From: Haliotis rubra | Lineage: Eukaryota | DNA length: 64,000 nt | Reading direction: 5' to 3' | Assembly (NCBI RefSeq): GCF_003918875.1 | Contig: NW_025767603.1 | Span: 186,001 to 250,000 of the forward strand | Shown: positions 39,654 through 50,095 of the stretch, in pieces | Layout: every line of letters begins with the position of its first letter | How positions within the stretch are numbered: the first letter of the stretch is position 1 | The notes under the pieces: model-generated | Database searches by the model: none | Seen by the model: the letters and a program-made list of their open reading frames with translations, nothing else | Told to the model about the DNA's origin: nothing | Position numbers and translations under genes: made by a program

Positions 39654-39733
39654 AGAGGTTTGAAGAGGAGAGAAAGAAATCCCAGCGACTTATCAACATA
39701 GCAACCCGTAGAGAAAGACACACTGATGACAAT
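39654..39733 (+). CDS. CARD-CC protein exon
   Basis: ttgttacag|AG ... AAT|gtaggc, phase 1 to 0. ERFEEERKKSQRLINIATRRERHTDDN. Confidence 0.8.
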
Positions 39734-39797
39734 GTAGGCATTTCTACTTTGTGTACAGGCAATATGGATCAATGTTATTTGTGTTGCAGCATCGGTT

Positions 39798-40394
39798 ATT
39801 CTTTTTCAGAAGAAGTCCTCCTTGGGGTACTTATAAGCATTAAAATGTCCATTTTAAAAACCTACGACAGTTGTAACTATATTTCAATAAAAATATTTAC
39901 AAAACGAAAAAACACGTTCTGCATTATGAGACCACCCCTACAGAGCCCCCGCGGGGCCCCCTACCGGCAAGAGCAGGTAACTCTCGCACCTCACTTTTCA
40001 TGCTGTCGTCTTACAAGAGAGACGTGCGTGTCGTTCATTGATGAAAATGAGTGCTAAAGAATCAATTAATGTATGTATGGTTCCTCTTTTCTCTCTCAGA
40101 CGGGCGCTAGATGGAATTGTAGGTTGATTTTTTCATTCATGATTGTTGTAACTTAGTCGGACAGGCTCCATTTTCCAGCCAGGTGGCAGGCAAGATGGCG
40201 GTCGGTTTAACTTCCTTCTGTCCTACGGTTGTAACTTTTTTGAGTTACATCGCTAGGGTGGTAGGGTATTTCAGCGATGTGTGGTGAGTTGGGTAAGTTT
40301 TTTCATATGTTTTTTACGCTGTATATGTTACGCAGGAAGCTTGCATTTTCGCCTCTTGTTCATGATACATGTTAAAGGGTTAAAACTGCCTTAG
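39798..40394 (+). repeat. DIRS left inverted terminal repeat
   Basis: Reverse complement of 45391-45982 with few differences (aagtcctccttggggtac...aaaactgccttag). Confidence 0.95.
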
Positions 40395-40506
40395 CTTTTC
40401 ACATAGGGTTTATCGCCCGTGCTTATTATGTTTTACTTGTGTTGCATATATGTGTGTATTTTAGACTGTACATCAGTTTCCATTAAAATGGTTCTGTTTG
40501 TTACAG

Positions 40507-42325
40507 TTTCACCCGTGCGTTGCATGTGCGGCCATGTTGCCACCACAGGATACTCACGATGTGTGCCTCCGTTATTTGGCCGTTGATCACCCTGATGATC
40601 TAACTTGTGAGAGTTGCCAGGTTTTCTCACCCAAGACGACTAAGCGTCGGTCCGCCGATTTTTTGTTTTATACAAATTTGCTGCAGGCGGGGGGGACTTA
40701 TGGGCTCAGGACCCACCATCTAAAGCGGCTAAAAGTAAGAAGAGTTTTTTCTACTAGCAGGGGTGGGGGTAAGCGGGCCAAGACGGCGGATAAACCTTCT
40801 TCCCCTATCCCCTCCACTTCCACTCAATCAGATTCTGCACCCTTCCGTATTACTGATTTAACTTCTATTTTGCAGCAACAGATGACTTCGGTTCGCTCGC
40901 TGATCTCGGACGCGATGTCCGGTCTCCGTGAGGAGATCAGCTTCCGTTCGGGAGTTAGCGGCGCTCCGGGGTCGTCTGTCGGGGGTTCCCCTGCCTCGGG
41001 CTTCGGTCCGGGGACGGGTTCTACCCGGCTCTGGTGACCCCTCTGCTGGTGTGCCTGTGTCTGGCCCGAGCTTCGGCTCCAGTTCAGCGCAGCGTACTTA
41101 GCGCGGTGGATACGGGTCTCGTACCGTTGGCCACCAGCTCACAAGCAGGGTTTTCCGAGCGCCGGTGCTACCGGTCGACTCGGGGCCTTACGTTACTTCG
41201 GGGAATCCTGTTTCGGCAGGCTCTTCCCTGCGTCCTCGGCGACCTGGCTCATCCTCGAGCCTAGGGTCGGTCGGGCCAGGCGTCTCGGCTCTTATGGCTC
41301 CCCTATCTTTGTCCGTGGAGCCGACTTCCGTGCTTTCGGAGGTGACTCTGGATACCGAGAGTTCGCTTCCGGGGGAGCGGGAGGAGGAAGCCATGGATGA
41401 GGACGGGGGGCAATTTTGCCGCAGGTGGTCGTGCCGTCAGATGACCCCGACCCCGTGGAGTTTCGTCTCCCTGGGGAGGCGTTTGCTCCATGTCGGGTCG
41501 CCGAGGCCCACTTGCGTATTTTACCTTCACTGATTAGTGAGGTTATTAACCCTCTCCTCTCAGGTGGCAGGTCACGCTTCGATCTCCCGGAGCTGAACCG
41601 GCGCTACCTGATGGGAGAGGGGGCTCTTTATGACCCCCCGGTGGTAGATGAGTGCATTTATGCCTCAGTCGCCCTGGGGGGGTCATCTGGCCATAGCCAC
41701 ACGCCGGCTCGTCAGGGTCGGCGCTCGCCTCCGTTTACTTCCAACAACCAGGTGTTGAAATCGGTATATCGTTCCTTTGAAGAACAATACCGTAACGCAG
41801 TACAACAACTTAAGGTTTCCGTCCACTCAGCATACCTCTCGGCCCTGCAGAGGAAGCTGGTGGACCAGGAGGGCGTGGACGACGCTCACGGAGGTGCATT
41901 CACATCTGGCACGCTGATGCCATTCGGTCGTGCGCTAGCCAGATGATGTCTGCAGTTATGGGCCTCTGTCGGTTGTGGCTGTCTGTGGCCAGATATTCAC
42001 CGGCTACACAGCAGGCGCTGCTGTCTCTGCCATTCAGGATGGGCTCAACCCTGTCCCGGGGGCATTGACAGTGGTCAGGGAGGCCGCGGAGGCGGTTAGC
42101 CAGTTTAAGGACTCAAAGCCCTTACTCGAGCAACCCCTCACTTCTCGCGCCCGGCCTTCTGTCCTTGCCTCAGCTTACCCTTCCTCTTCAGGAAAGGAAG
42201 CGCCGAAGTGGACGGCTCCACTTCAGGCACGTAGAGGCAAGGGCAGGGGTAGAGGTAGGGGCAAGGCTGCCGCCTCTCAGCAGCATTTTCAGAGGAAGGG
42301 GAAGTCGGCCCTGGCTTCCCAGTAA
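40507..42325 (+). pseudogene. DIRS ORF1 (gag-like), frameshifted
   Basis: N-terminal CxxC..DTHDVC..H..CESC zinc finger, Ser/Pro-rich middle and C-terminal RGKGRGRGRG. Split over several frames. Confidence 0.75.
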
Positions 42326-42342
42326 GCATTCCTCCGGAGCCC

Positions 42343-43407
42343 TTGTCGGTCCCGGCACAAGCAGTTGTTACACTGCCCACTGCCGGGATTCACTGCCTCT
42401 TACCCGACGTCCCTGTCGGCGGCCGGCTACCTCTCTTCCTTCGGGAATGGGAGAAAGTCACTTCAAATCCCTGGGTCCTGTCCACACTCAGGGATGGTCA
42501 TATGCCACAGTGGAAGCGAGGCCCTCCTCCTTTCTCCGGGATTCGTTGCACGCCAGTGCCGAACTCTCCGGAGAAGGCAGATATTCTCCGTGCCGAGGTC
42601 CAGTCGTTGCTGGACAAGGCAGCCATCGAGGTGGTTCCGACGGGCCAGGAAAATCAAGGGGTTTACTCAACCTATTTCCTGGTTACCAAGAAGGATGGAG
42701 GGTTCAGACCCATTCTCAATTTAAAGGGTCTGAACCGTTTGCTAGAGGTACCGTCCTTCAAGATGGAGACACTGCGGTCGGTGATCTCATTTGTGGAGGC
42801 AGGGGATTGGCTTACGTCAATCGACCTCAAGGACGCGTACCTTCATGTACCAATGCACCCCGAGTTCAGGAAATACCTTCGGTTTTCCTTCGACGGGAGG
42901 TGCTATCAGTTTCGTGTGCTCCCCTTCGGCATCTCCACGGCGCCAAGGGTGTTCACAAAACTAATGTTAGTGCCAGCTCAAGTCGCCAGGGCACAGGGCA
43001 ACTTTTGTTACCCGTACCTGGACGACTGGCTTCTCAGGGCGCTTTCCACTCACTTGAGTCGAGACTCCACACAGACAGTGATTGATATTCTCACCAGGTT
43101 GGGTTGGGTCATCAATCTCAAGAAATCCGAGCTGGTTCCATCCCAGGATCGGGTTTTCTTGGGGGCGAGATTCGAGACACAGCAGGGCTTAGTCTCTCTG
43201 TCTCAAGACCGCATTTCCAAAGTCCAAAGGGGTGTTTTACAATTCCTTCAGTCCCCCAGGGCCTCAGCTCGCACATGGCTTCAGTTGCTAGGCAACATGG
43301 CGGCGACTGGGCGTGGTTTGGCGTCTTGGCGTCTGAGGATGCGGCCAGTTCAGCAAGCGTTAGCACAGCTGTGGTCACACTCGGGAGTTACGAGACAATT
43401 CTCCTAA
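42343..43407 (+). CDS. DIRS reverse transcriptase domain (ORF2, 5' part)
   Basis: VGGRL..F..EW, YSTYFLVTKKDGGFRPILNLK, FKMET, SIDLKDAYLHVP, YQFRVLPFGISTAPRVFTK, YLDDWL, INLKKS. Confidence 0.93.
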   Translation: MSVPAQAVVTLPTAGIHCLLPDVPVGGRLPLFLREWEKVTSNPWVLSTLRDGHMPQWKRGPPPFSGIRCTPVPNSPEKADILRAEVQSLLDKAAIEVVPTGQENQGVYSTYFLVTKKDGGFRPILNLKGLNRLLEVPSFKMETLRSVISFVEAGDWLTSIDLKDAYLHVPMHPEFRKYLRFSFDGRCYQFRVLPFGISTAPRVFTKLMLVPAQVARAQGNFCYPYLDDWLLRALSTHLSRDSTQTVIDILTRLGWVINLKKSELVPSQDRVFLGARFETQQGLVSLSQDRISKVQRGVLQFLQSPRASARTWLQLLGNMAATGRGLASWRLRMRPVQQALAQLWSHSGVTRQFS

Positions 43408-44275
43408 CTCCAGAGTGGCTTCTCCCTCACCTGAGGTGGTGGACCGACCGGGAATCTAGCCAGGGTATCCCACTGGAGACCCCCGGTGCCTACGCCACAA
43501 TTCAGACGGACGCCTCTCTCACAGGGTGGGGTGGGGGTCCTAGGGGACCTCACAGCTTCCGGACTTTGGTCCGTGAGCTGACCATGCACATCAATGTGTT
43601 AGAATTGAGAGCGGTCCGGACGGGTATTCAACGCCATGGAGCAGGTTGGGAACCGTGTGGTTCATCTAGAAATGGACAATCAAACGGCGATGTCCTATAT
43701 CCTGTACGGTGTCTCCGTCACTCCTCCAGGAGGCGTGGCAGTTTCTGCTGTGGTGCGACAGGTTCAGCACACAGGTATTCTGTGTATCTCCGGGGGAGGA
43801 CAACCGCGTGCAGATGCACTCTCACGGTATCCTGGCCCCTCACGAAGTGGTTACTTTCGACCGGGAGATATTTGGGGTTATCTCCCAGTTGTTCGGGTCG
43901 TTCCAGGTGGATCTGTTTGCCTCTGGGGTGACGAACCAGACTCCGGTGTTTTGCTCCAGGATCCCGGATCCGGGAGCGATCGCCTCCGATGCCTTCCAGC
44001 TAGATTGGACGGACAGGGTTCTGTGGGCTTTCCCACCGATACCTCTGATTCCCAGAGTCCTATCACAGCTTCGCCACCCAACCAGCGCGACTACTTGTGC
44101 TTCTTGCACCTCTGTGGTCGTCTCAACGCTGGTTCCCTGTATACTCAGATCGCTCGTACAGCCTCCTGTGCTATTACCGATGCGACCGGACCTTCTATCC
44201 CAGGAAGGCCAGCCACACCCGGATCCATGGATCCAGTGGGTGGCTTGGCCACTGTCAGGAGTCGCCTCCATGCGA
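43408..44275 (+). pseudogene. DIRS RNase H and DNA N6-adenine methyltransferase-like domains, frameshifted
   Basis: IQTDASLTGWG, HINVLELRAV and MDNQTAMSYI (RNase H); VDLFAS..NQTPVFCSR, DAFQLDW and WAFPPIPLIPRVL (DIRS MT domain). Spread over three frames. Confidence 0.85.
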
Positions 44276-45290
44276 GCGGAATTCCTGCACCAGTTGCAGA
44301 CACAATTCTGGCTTCGCGGAGGGATTCGACTAACTTACAGTATGAGGATAGATGGGCCTGTTATGCGCGCTGGTGTGGAAACAGAGGGATACTTGATCCC
44401 TTTTCTTCGACTGTAGTCGAAGTTTTGGAGTTTTTACAGTCTCGGTTAGGAGCCGGCCTAGCCGCGTCTACTATCCGAGGCTACTCCACAGCTATTTCAG
44501 CTTTCCACATTCCTACCGAGGGTGCCCTTTTAGGACAACACCCTCTGGTTCAGCGTTTCTTAGCAGGTGTGGACAGAGTGCTTCCGGTCGTCCGACGGAC
44601 AAGTCCGCCATGGGATCTGTCCATCGTTTTAGATTGGCTATCTAGTCCTTTTTTCTACGATATGTCGGGGTTGTCGCTTCAACTGTTAAGTTCAGGTAGA
44701 GCGGGTTGGGGACATTCATGCTATGTCCTCAGACCCGGAGCTTACCGTTTTTCACAAGGATAGGGTAAGTATTCGTTTACCTGATTCCTACCGCCCAAAA
44801 ATCGATAAAGCGTTTCATGTCACCGCTCCTATTGATTTGCCTGCCTTTACGCTTCCTGCTTCGTCTGGTAGGCGCGAAGCGCAGAGTACATGTGTTGGAT
44901 GTCCGTAAGACACTCAAGACGTATGTCAAGAGAACAATGTCAATCCGTAAAGAGAAGCAGTTATTCTGCTGTTACGGGGGTGGTAAAGTAGGTCACCCAG
45001 TTACCACACAGACCATATCGAGGTGGATTGTGTCGGCGATTTGTATGGGTTACATACACAAGGGTATGACTCCCCCAGAGGGTTTAAAGGCTCATTCGGT
45101 TCGAGCAGTTGCCACGTCTAAAGCGTATGCTGCTGCTCTGCCCATTGAGGAGATCTGCTCTGCGGCTATTTGGAGCCGACCAAGTACGTTCATTCGCCAT
45201 TATCAGCTGGACAAACATTCGCGTGAGCGTGCTCGGTTTGGCCAGACGATTCTCCACAGTGGACAGAGTAACACGCCTCAGGCCGAGTGA
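44250..45290 (+). pseudogene. DIRS tyrosine recombinase (ORF3), frameshifted
   Basis: SRRDSTNLQYEDRW, GLAASTIRGYSTAISAFH, PPWDLSIVL, KAHSVRAVATS and WSRPSTFIRHY (catalytic HxxR...Y). Confidence 0.9.
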
Positions 45291-45390
45291 GCCTTGTCGC
45301 TGATTTACTCGGTGTTTTATACTGGTGTCGGGTCTATTCTCCCCTATTTTGCACTGGTGAAGGTATGTGGTGGCGGTTTTTATTTCCGTT

Positions 45391-45982
45391 CTAAGGCAGT
45401 TTTAACCCTTTAACATGTATCATGAACAAGAGGCGAAAATGCAAGCTTCCTGCGTAACATATACAGCGTAAAAAACATATGAAAAAACTTACCCAACTCA
45501 CCACACATCGCTGAAATACCCTACCACCCTAGCGATGTAACTCAAAAAAGTTACAACCGTAGGACAGAAGGAAGTTAAACCGACCGCCATCTTGCCTGCC
45601 ACCTGGCTGGAAAATGGAGCCTGTCCGACTAAGTTACAACAATCATGAATGAAAAAATCAACCTACAATTCCATCTAGCGCCCGTGCGAGAGAAAAGAGG
45701 AACCATACATACATTAATTGATTCTTTAGCACTCATTTTCATCAATGAACGACACGCACGTCTCTCTTGTAAGACGACAGCATGAAAAGTGAGGTGCGAG
45801 AGTTACCTGCTCTTGCCGGTAGGGGGCCCCCCGGGGGCTCTGTAGGGGTGGTCTCATAATGCAGAACGTGTTTTTTCGTTTTGTAAATATTTTTATTGAA
45901 ATATAGTTACAACTGTCGTAGGTTTTTAAAATGGACATTTTAATGCTTATAAGTACCCCAAGGAGGACTTTCTTCAAAGAAT
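45391..45982 (-). repeat. DIRS right inverted terminal repeat
   Basis: ctaaggcagttttaa...gtaccccaaggaggactt. The ORF track shows the same peptide on opposite strands in both ITRs. Confidence 0.95.
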
Positions 45983-46531
45983 TCATAACCTCTACAGGTT
46001 TGTATAAGTTTTTAACCTAAGCAGGGACAGTTTACGTACCAGCTAATGGGATTAGAATAACTTCAAATTATGTAATTTGATGAAAGGTTTTCCGTGTTTC
46101 TGGCAGTGTTGTGCTCGTATCATATAAAGAGCATGTGAGAAAGTAGAATCACAGATAAATATATCCTACATAATAAGAGAAATATATTTTACATACTAAG
46201 GGGAAATATATCCTATGTGCTAAGGTAAATATAGTCTATATACAGAGGGAAATATTTCACACTTGCAGCAGGCAATATATATCCTACATGCTAAAGGAAA
46301 CAAATGCCATATGCTGAGGTAGATATATCCCATATATTGTAAGGGAAATATATGCTACACTCTTAGAGCAATATATCCTATATGTGCATAGCTAAATAAT
46401 GCATTCCTGCTTTCACAGTTACATGAGTTAAGAAATAATTCAAAGCGACTATTATATTCACACATAGTCACAGTCGTTGATGTACTGACAACTAGGTGTT
46501 TGCACATATTCATGTGGCCACCTATCTGGTC

Positions 46532-47674
46532 GGTCTACTCCCATTTGCGAGAACTCCCAGTTGCGAGACTCCCAGTTGTGAGACAGTGGAGGAGGTAAGG
46601 AGCAAAGAAAATACACCTTACTCCCATATCTGATAGAATGGATTAACCCCAGCTAATTAGGGATTAGCTATTTAACTGAATCTTGTGGAGGTAGCTTAAA
46701 AGAAAAAGTAATTAACCTACTCAGGTAAATGGCTTTAAAAAATAAACACTTTGTGTAGGTAACTTCGTGATCATTTGAAAGAGAAATTAATTGACCTACT
46801 CAGATTTACGTGCTTGAAAAATCTAGCAATAACTGTTGTAACTATAATGAATCCAAATGTATTTATTAACCTGTGACTGCTCTTTCCGGTCACCTGTATT
46901 ACAAGAACAAGCAGCGGCAGACTTGTACCTACACAGACATTCAACGACTACATCACTACAACCTGGGTGGGACGGCGGACACTCGCTTTCCCTTGCCCAT
47001 ATGGAACCATCATGACACATTCGGCCCCAGGACCAACAACAACATTGAGGGGTTTCACAGTAGATTGAATGCTACACTCAGTCATCGCCATCCAAACATC
47101 TTCAGGTTTATGGAAATCATCAGGAAAATAGAGAAGGCAGAGAAGGCCAAGCTGTGCCAACTCGACCTGCCCTCGATCGAGGAAAGCAGCGTGTACAGGA
47201 AATAGACAATCGACTACATAGACTCAAAGATCAACTTGCAGATGGAACGAAAAATCACATGCAGTATCTTGATGCAGTCGGCAAACTGCTGAAAATATGA
47301 AAAGTGTCAAAATTTCCAAATATGGACCCATGTAAAAAAGTTATTTATAATGACACACAAACATCATAATAACGCAAATCATAAAAATGTGTGAATAAAA
47401 AATGATAATGAAGTATTTAATGAACTAGTTCTTCTGTGTAAATATAATGATAATCTTTTTCAGTATTTAACTTGTTCTTTATTGAAATCAATAAATGCTC
47501 TTCAATGAACAATGGGTTCTTTGTCTCATTAATGAACTATGCCTCCTGCGGGTACTCTTCAGCAACAGGGCTGTTCCCATTTTCATCGTAGGGATTGGGA
47601 AGCACCACTTGTGTGCACTGAACCATTAATTAATGTGTCTCGCAACTGGGAGTTCTCGCAAATGGGAGGACACC
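46532..47674 (+). mobile_element. Internally deleted Mutator-like (MULE) element
   Basis: TIRs ctcccatttgcgagaactcccagttgcgagac, 8-bp TSD atctggtc. Transposase C-terminal fragment WNHHDTFGPRTNNNIEGFHSRLN...HPNIFRF at ~46985-47300. Confidence 0.88.
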
Positions 47675-47682
47675 ATCTGGTC

Positions 47683-47882
47683 ATATGCCAACAGATTCTT
47701 GGGTTCTTTTAAGTGCACAGGGTTGTGTACTGTACACTAGGGGTTGTGACAACACTGAAAGAGTCTGCACACAAAGTTGACTCCAAGGTTTTTACACCCT
47801 GTCACAGGTGGGCTCGATCCTGACACCTCAAGCTCGCTGGATTACTAGCCTGGCACCTTAGACAGCTCGCCCACCATGCCCC
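47683..47882 (-). mobile_element. tRNA-derived SINE, family C
   Basis: Minus-strand tRNA-like head (ggggcatggtgggcgagctgtctaagg...ggatcgagccc) followed by a gagtcaactttgtgtgcagactct core. Probably interrupted by the adjacent MULE. Confidence 0.65.
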
Positions 47883-48023
47883 ATGCATCCTGAAAACAGA
47901 AGATCAACACTGTTTACTTGTCTGTAGATTATGAGCACCCACTGATGCTTGCATCCCACACCCACCCTACATTATAGAAACTAGAATGTTGTCTTCGTGT
48001 TTAATAATGTCTCGTTATAACAG

Positions 48024-48173
48024 TCAGATCGACCACGTGCCCAGAATTTTAAGACAAGGATAGAGATCCTTCAGTGTGACCTTGAGGCTGAGAGAGAGAA
48101 GGTGAAAGAGATGATCGAAACCCTGGAGATGACACAGGCAGAATTGATCAGCGAGAGACAGGCATCTGAAACA
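48024..48173 (+). CDS. CARD-CC protein, coiled-coil exon
   Basis: ttataacag|TCA ... ACA|gtcagt, phase 0-0. SDRPRAQNFKTRIEILQCDLEAEREKVKEMIETLEMTQAELISERQASET; IEILQCD resembles CARD11 LDILEHD. Confidence 0.8.
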
Positions 48174-49132
48174 GTCAGTACTTTTGTCAACTGTGGTAAT
48201 ACAGTGTACAGTTGAATTTGATGTATTTTTGATATATGATTTTTGGGAATATAACTATTGGGAAAAGAAATACAAATTGTTTAGAAATGTTTTGTCTTTC
48301 AAAACAAGATGTGTTCCTTATCCAACAAGGAAGGATTCATGTGCTGGAGTTTCCATGAATGTTGAAAGCCTTTTTCTGTCTGTTAATATATATCAATTCT
48401 GACGTTACACCTTGAAATTTTGAACTGTGTTTATCATTAAATCACCACTGTTTCATGTATTCACAGGCAGTTTGGTTTGTAGTGGTATACGCATCATAGG
48501 CCCGAACAGTACCCAAAGTTTATTCTTTTTATTAGCTCCCTTGTCGTCTGTCTATAATTAACTGGGTTTTTTCAGCCTCTCTCTGATACTGATAGGACAA
48601 AGGAGCTAAAATTTTGTATGATCCCGTCTGATCCAATTTTGAGGAAGGATGACACACTGACAAGTTTTTTTCCCCATTTCTCTACCATTCCTTTGTGTAT
48701 TTGAGGTAAAGAGAGTTATAGCCTCATGTCTTCCTGCCTATGATCCCTATTCAGGAGTTCCTAATTGTGTGTGAAAGACTGGTCATTTATCTGATCCCAT
48801 CCTAAAAAGTAATTGTTGACCCTTGTTGTCCTGCTGATGGGGTGCTGTATAAGACAGATCCATGGCACCCCAGAGCAACCATGATGGCCTAATCTGCCAG
48901 TCCTCAAGACCTCTAATGTAATCATGCACACAATATGTACTTGGTAGCAGCGCAGACGTCGTTATGGCAACAAAATTCATTCTACTGGAACTTATCCATG
49001 TTTTTATCTTTGTTGGACTTTGATAATTAAGTCACTGATGATGAAATTAATGTCTTCATTGAGAATAAATATTGTCTTGTTATACTGGGATGTACCTTTG
49101 TATGTTGTACCATTCCACTGCTCTTGTTGTAG

Positions 49133-49258
49133 CTGCGGTGTGAGAAGCTGAAGCTGCAGCGAGAGAGTGACCAGAGCCAGCTGTTCCTGAAGCATGCAGA
49201 GAGGCGGAACGAGCAGTACTTCAAGACCATCCAGCAGCTGGAGAAAGAGAAGAGGAAG
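49133..49258 (+). CDS. CARD-CC protein, coiled-coil exon
   Basis: ctcttgttgtag|CTG ... AAG|gtaggc, phase 0-0. LRCEKLKLQRESDQSQLFLKHAERRNEQYFKTIQQLEKEKRK. Confidence 0.85.
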
Positions 49259-49276
49259 GTAGGCTTGGGCTGGACA

Positions 49277-49520
49277 AATATAGCCAGTGACTTGTGGATC
49301 GGTTGGCCACAATGTCTGCTGAGTCTGAATAGTTCTTGTTTACTGTATGAATATAGTCAGTGATTTGTGGATCGGTTGGCCACAGTGCCTACTGAGTCGG
49401 AATAGCTCTTGTTTACTGTATGAATATAGTCAGTGATTTGTGGATTGGTTGGCCACAATGCCTGTTGAGTCGGAATAGTTCTTGTATACTGTATAAATAT
49501 AGCCAGTGATTTATGGACTG
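49277..49520. repeat. ~74-bp repeat, ~3 copies
   Basis: aatatagycagtgatttgtggatcggttggccacaatg...gaatagttcttgtttactgtat. Confidence 0.85.
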
Positions 49521-49859
49521 TATGGTTCCATTTGTATGGTTTGATATAATTAACCCACAAAACTGAATAGTCGAAGCAACACATAAACATCCCAAAATTC
49601 AAAACTAGAATTTTCATAATGGTGTGACAACCTCGTCAGTTGTATGCACAAGAGCCATATTCCTTGCCACATGTAAGATTTTCCATGACTTTTTGGAACT
49701 GAGTATGACATGACTGAATATCTTGGAAACTGTTACTGAGTAAGGAGATTGCACAAAATGGCAGAAGATATCTGCAATACATCCATCAGACCAAGTGATA
49801 TGACTTTGACTATGGATCATCTGTCTCGCCCCATCTCACAAACAGTTCTCCATTCACAG

Positions 49860-50015
49860 GCTGAGGAGGAGAAGATACTGGCCCAACAGAAGTGCTGGGA
49901 CATTTCCGATCAGAAGCAGAGATTGTTCGTGGCCAAACACAACCTTGAACAGAAATATGACAGGTTACGGCAAAACTATGAACGAATACGAAGTGATTGT
50001 CGTTCTAAACCAGAG
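49860..50015 (+). CDS. CARD-CC protein, end of coiled coil
   Basis: ccattcacag|GCT ... GAG|gtacaa. AEEEKILAQQKCWDISDQKQRLFVAKHNLEQKYDRLRQNYERIRSDCRSKPE. The donor position is less certain. Confidence 0.78.
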
Positions 50016-50095
50016 GTACAACAATTTGTCATGATTTTGAAACTGAATCTAGTTAATGTTCCTATTGTGGCTTGATAAGGTAGTTAAGGACTAGC

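Larger units (their letters stand above)
39798..45982 (+). mobile_element. DIRS-type tyrosine-recombinase retrotransposon, full length but frameshifted, intronic and sense to the host gene
   Basis: Inverted terminal repeats of ~580 bp enclose a zinc-finger ORF1, RT (YLDD), RNase H, adenine methyltransferase-like and tyrosine recombinase domains in DIRS order. No TSD seen. Confidence 0.95.

Noticed and set aside
39638-40057. 139-aa ORF, with a mirror 86-aa ORF at 45726-45986
   Set aside because: It is a real 80-nt exon read through into the DIRS ITR; the mirror is just the other ITR.
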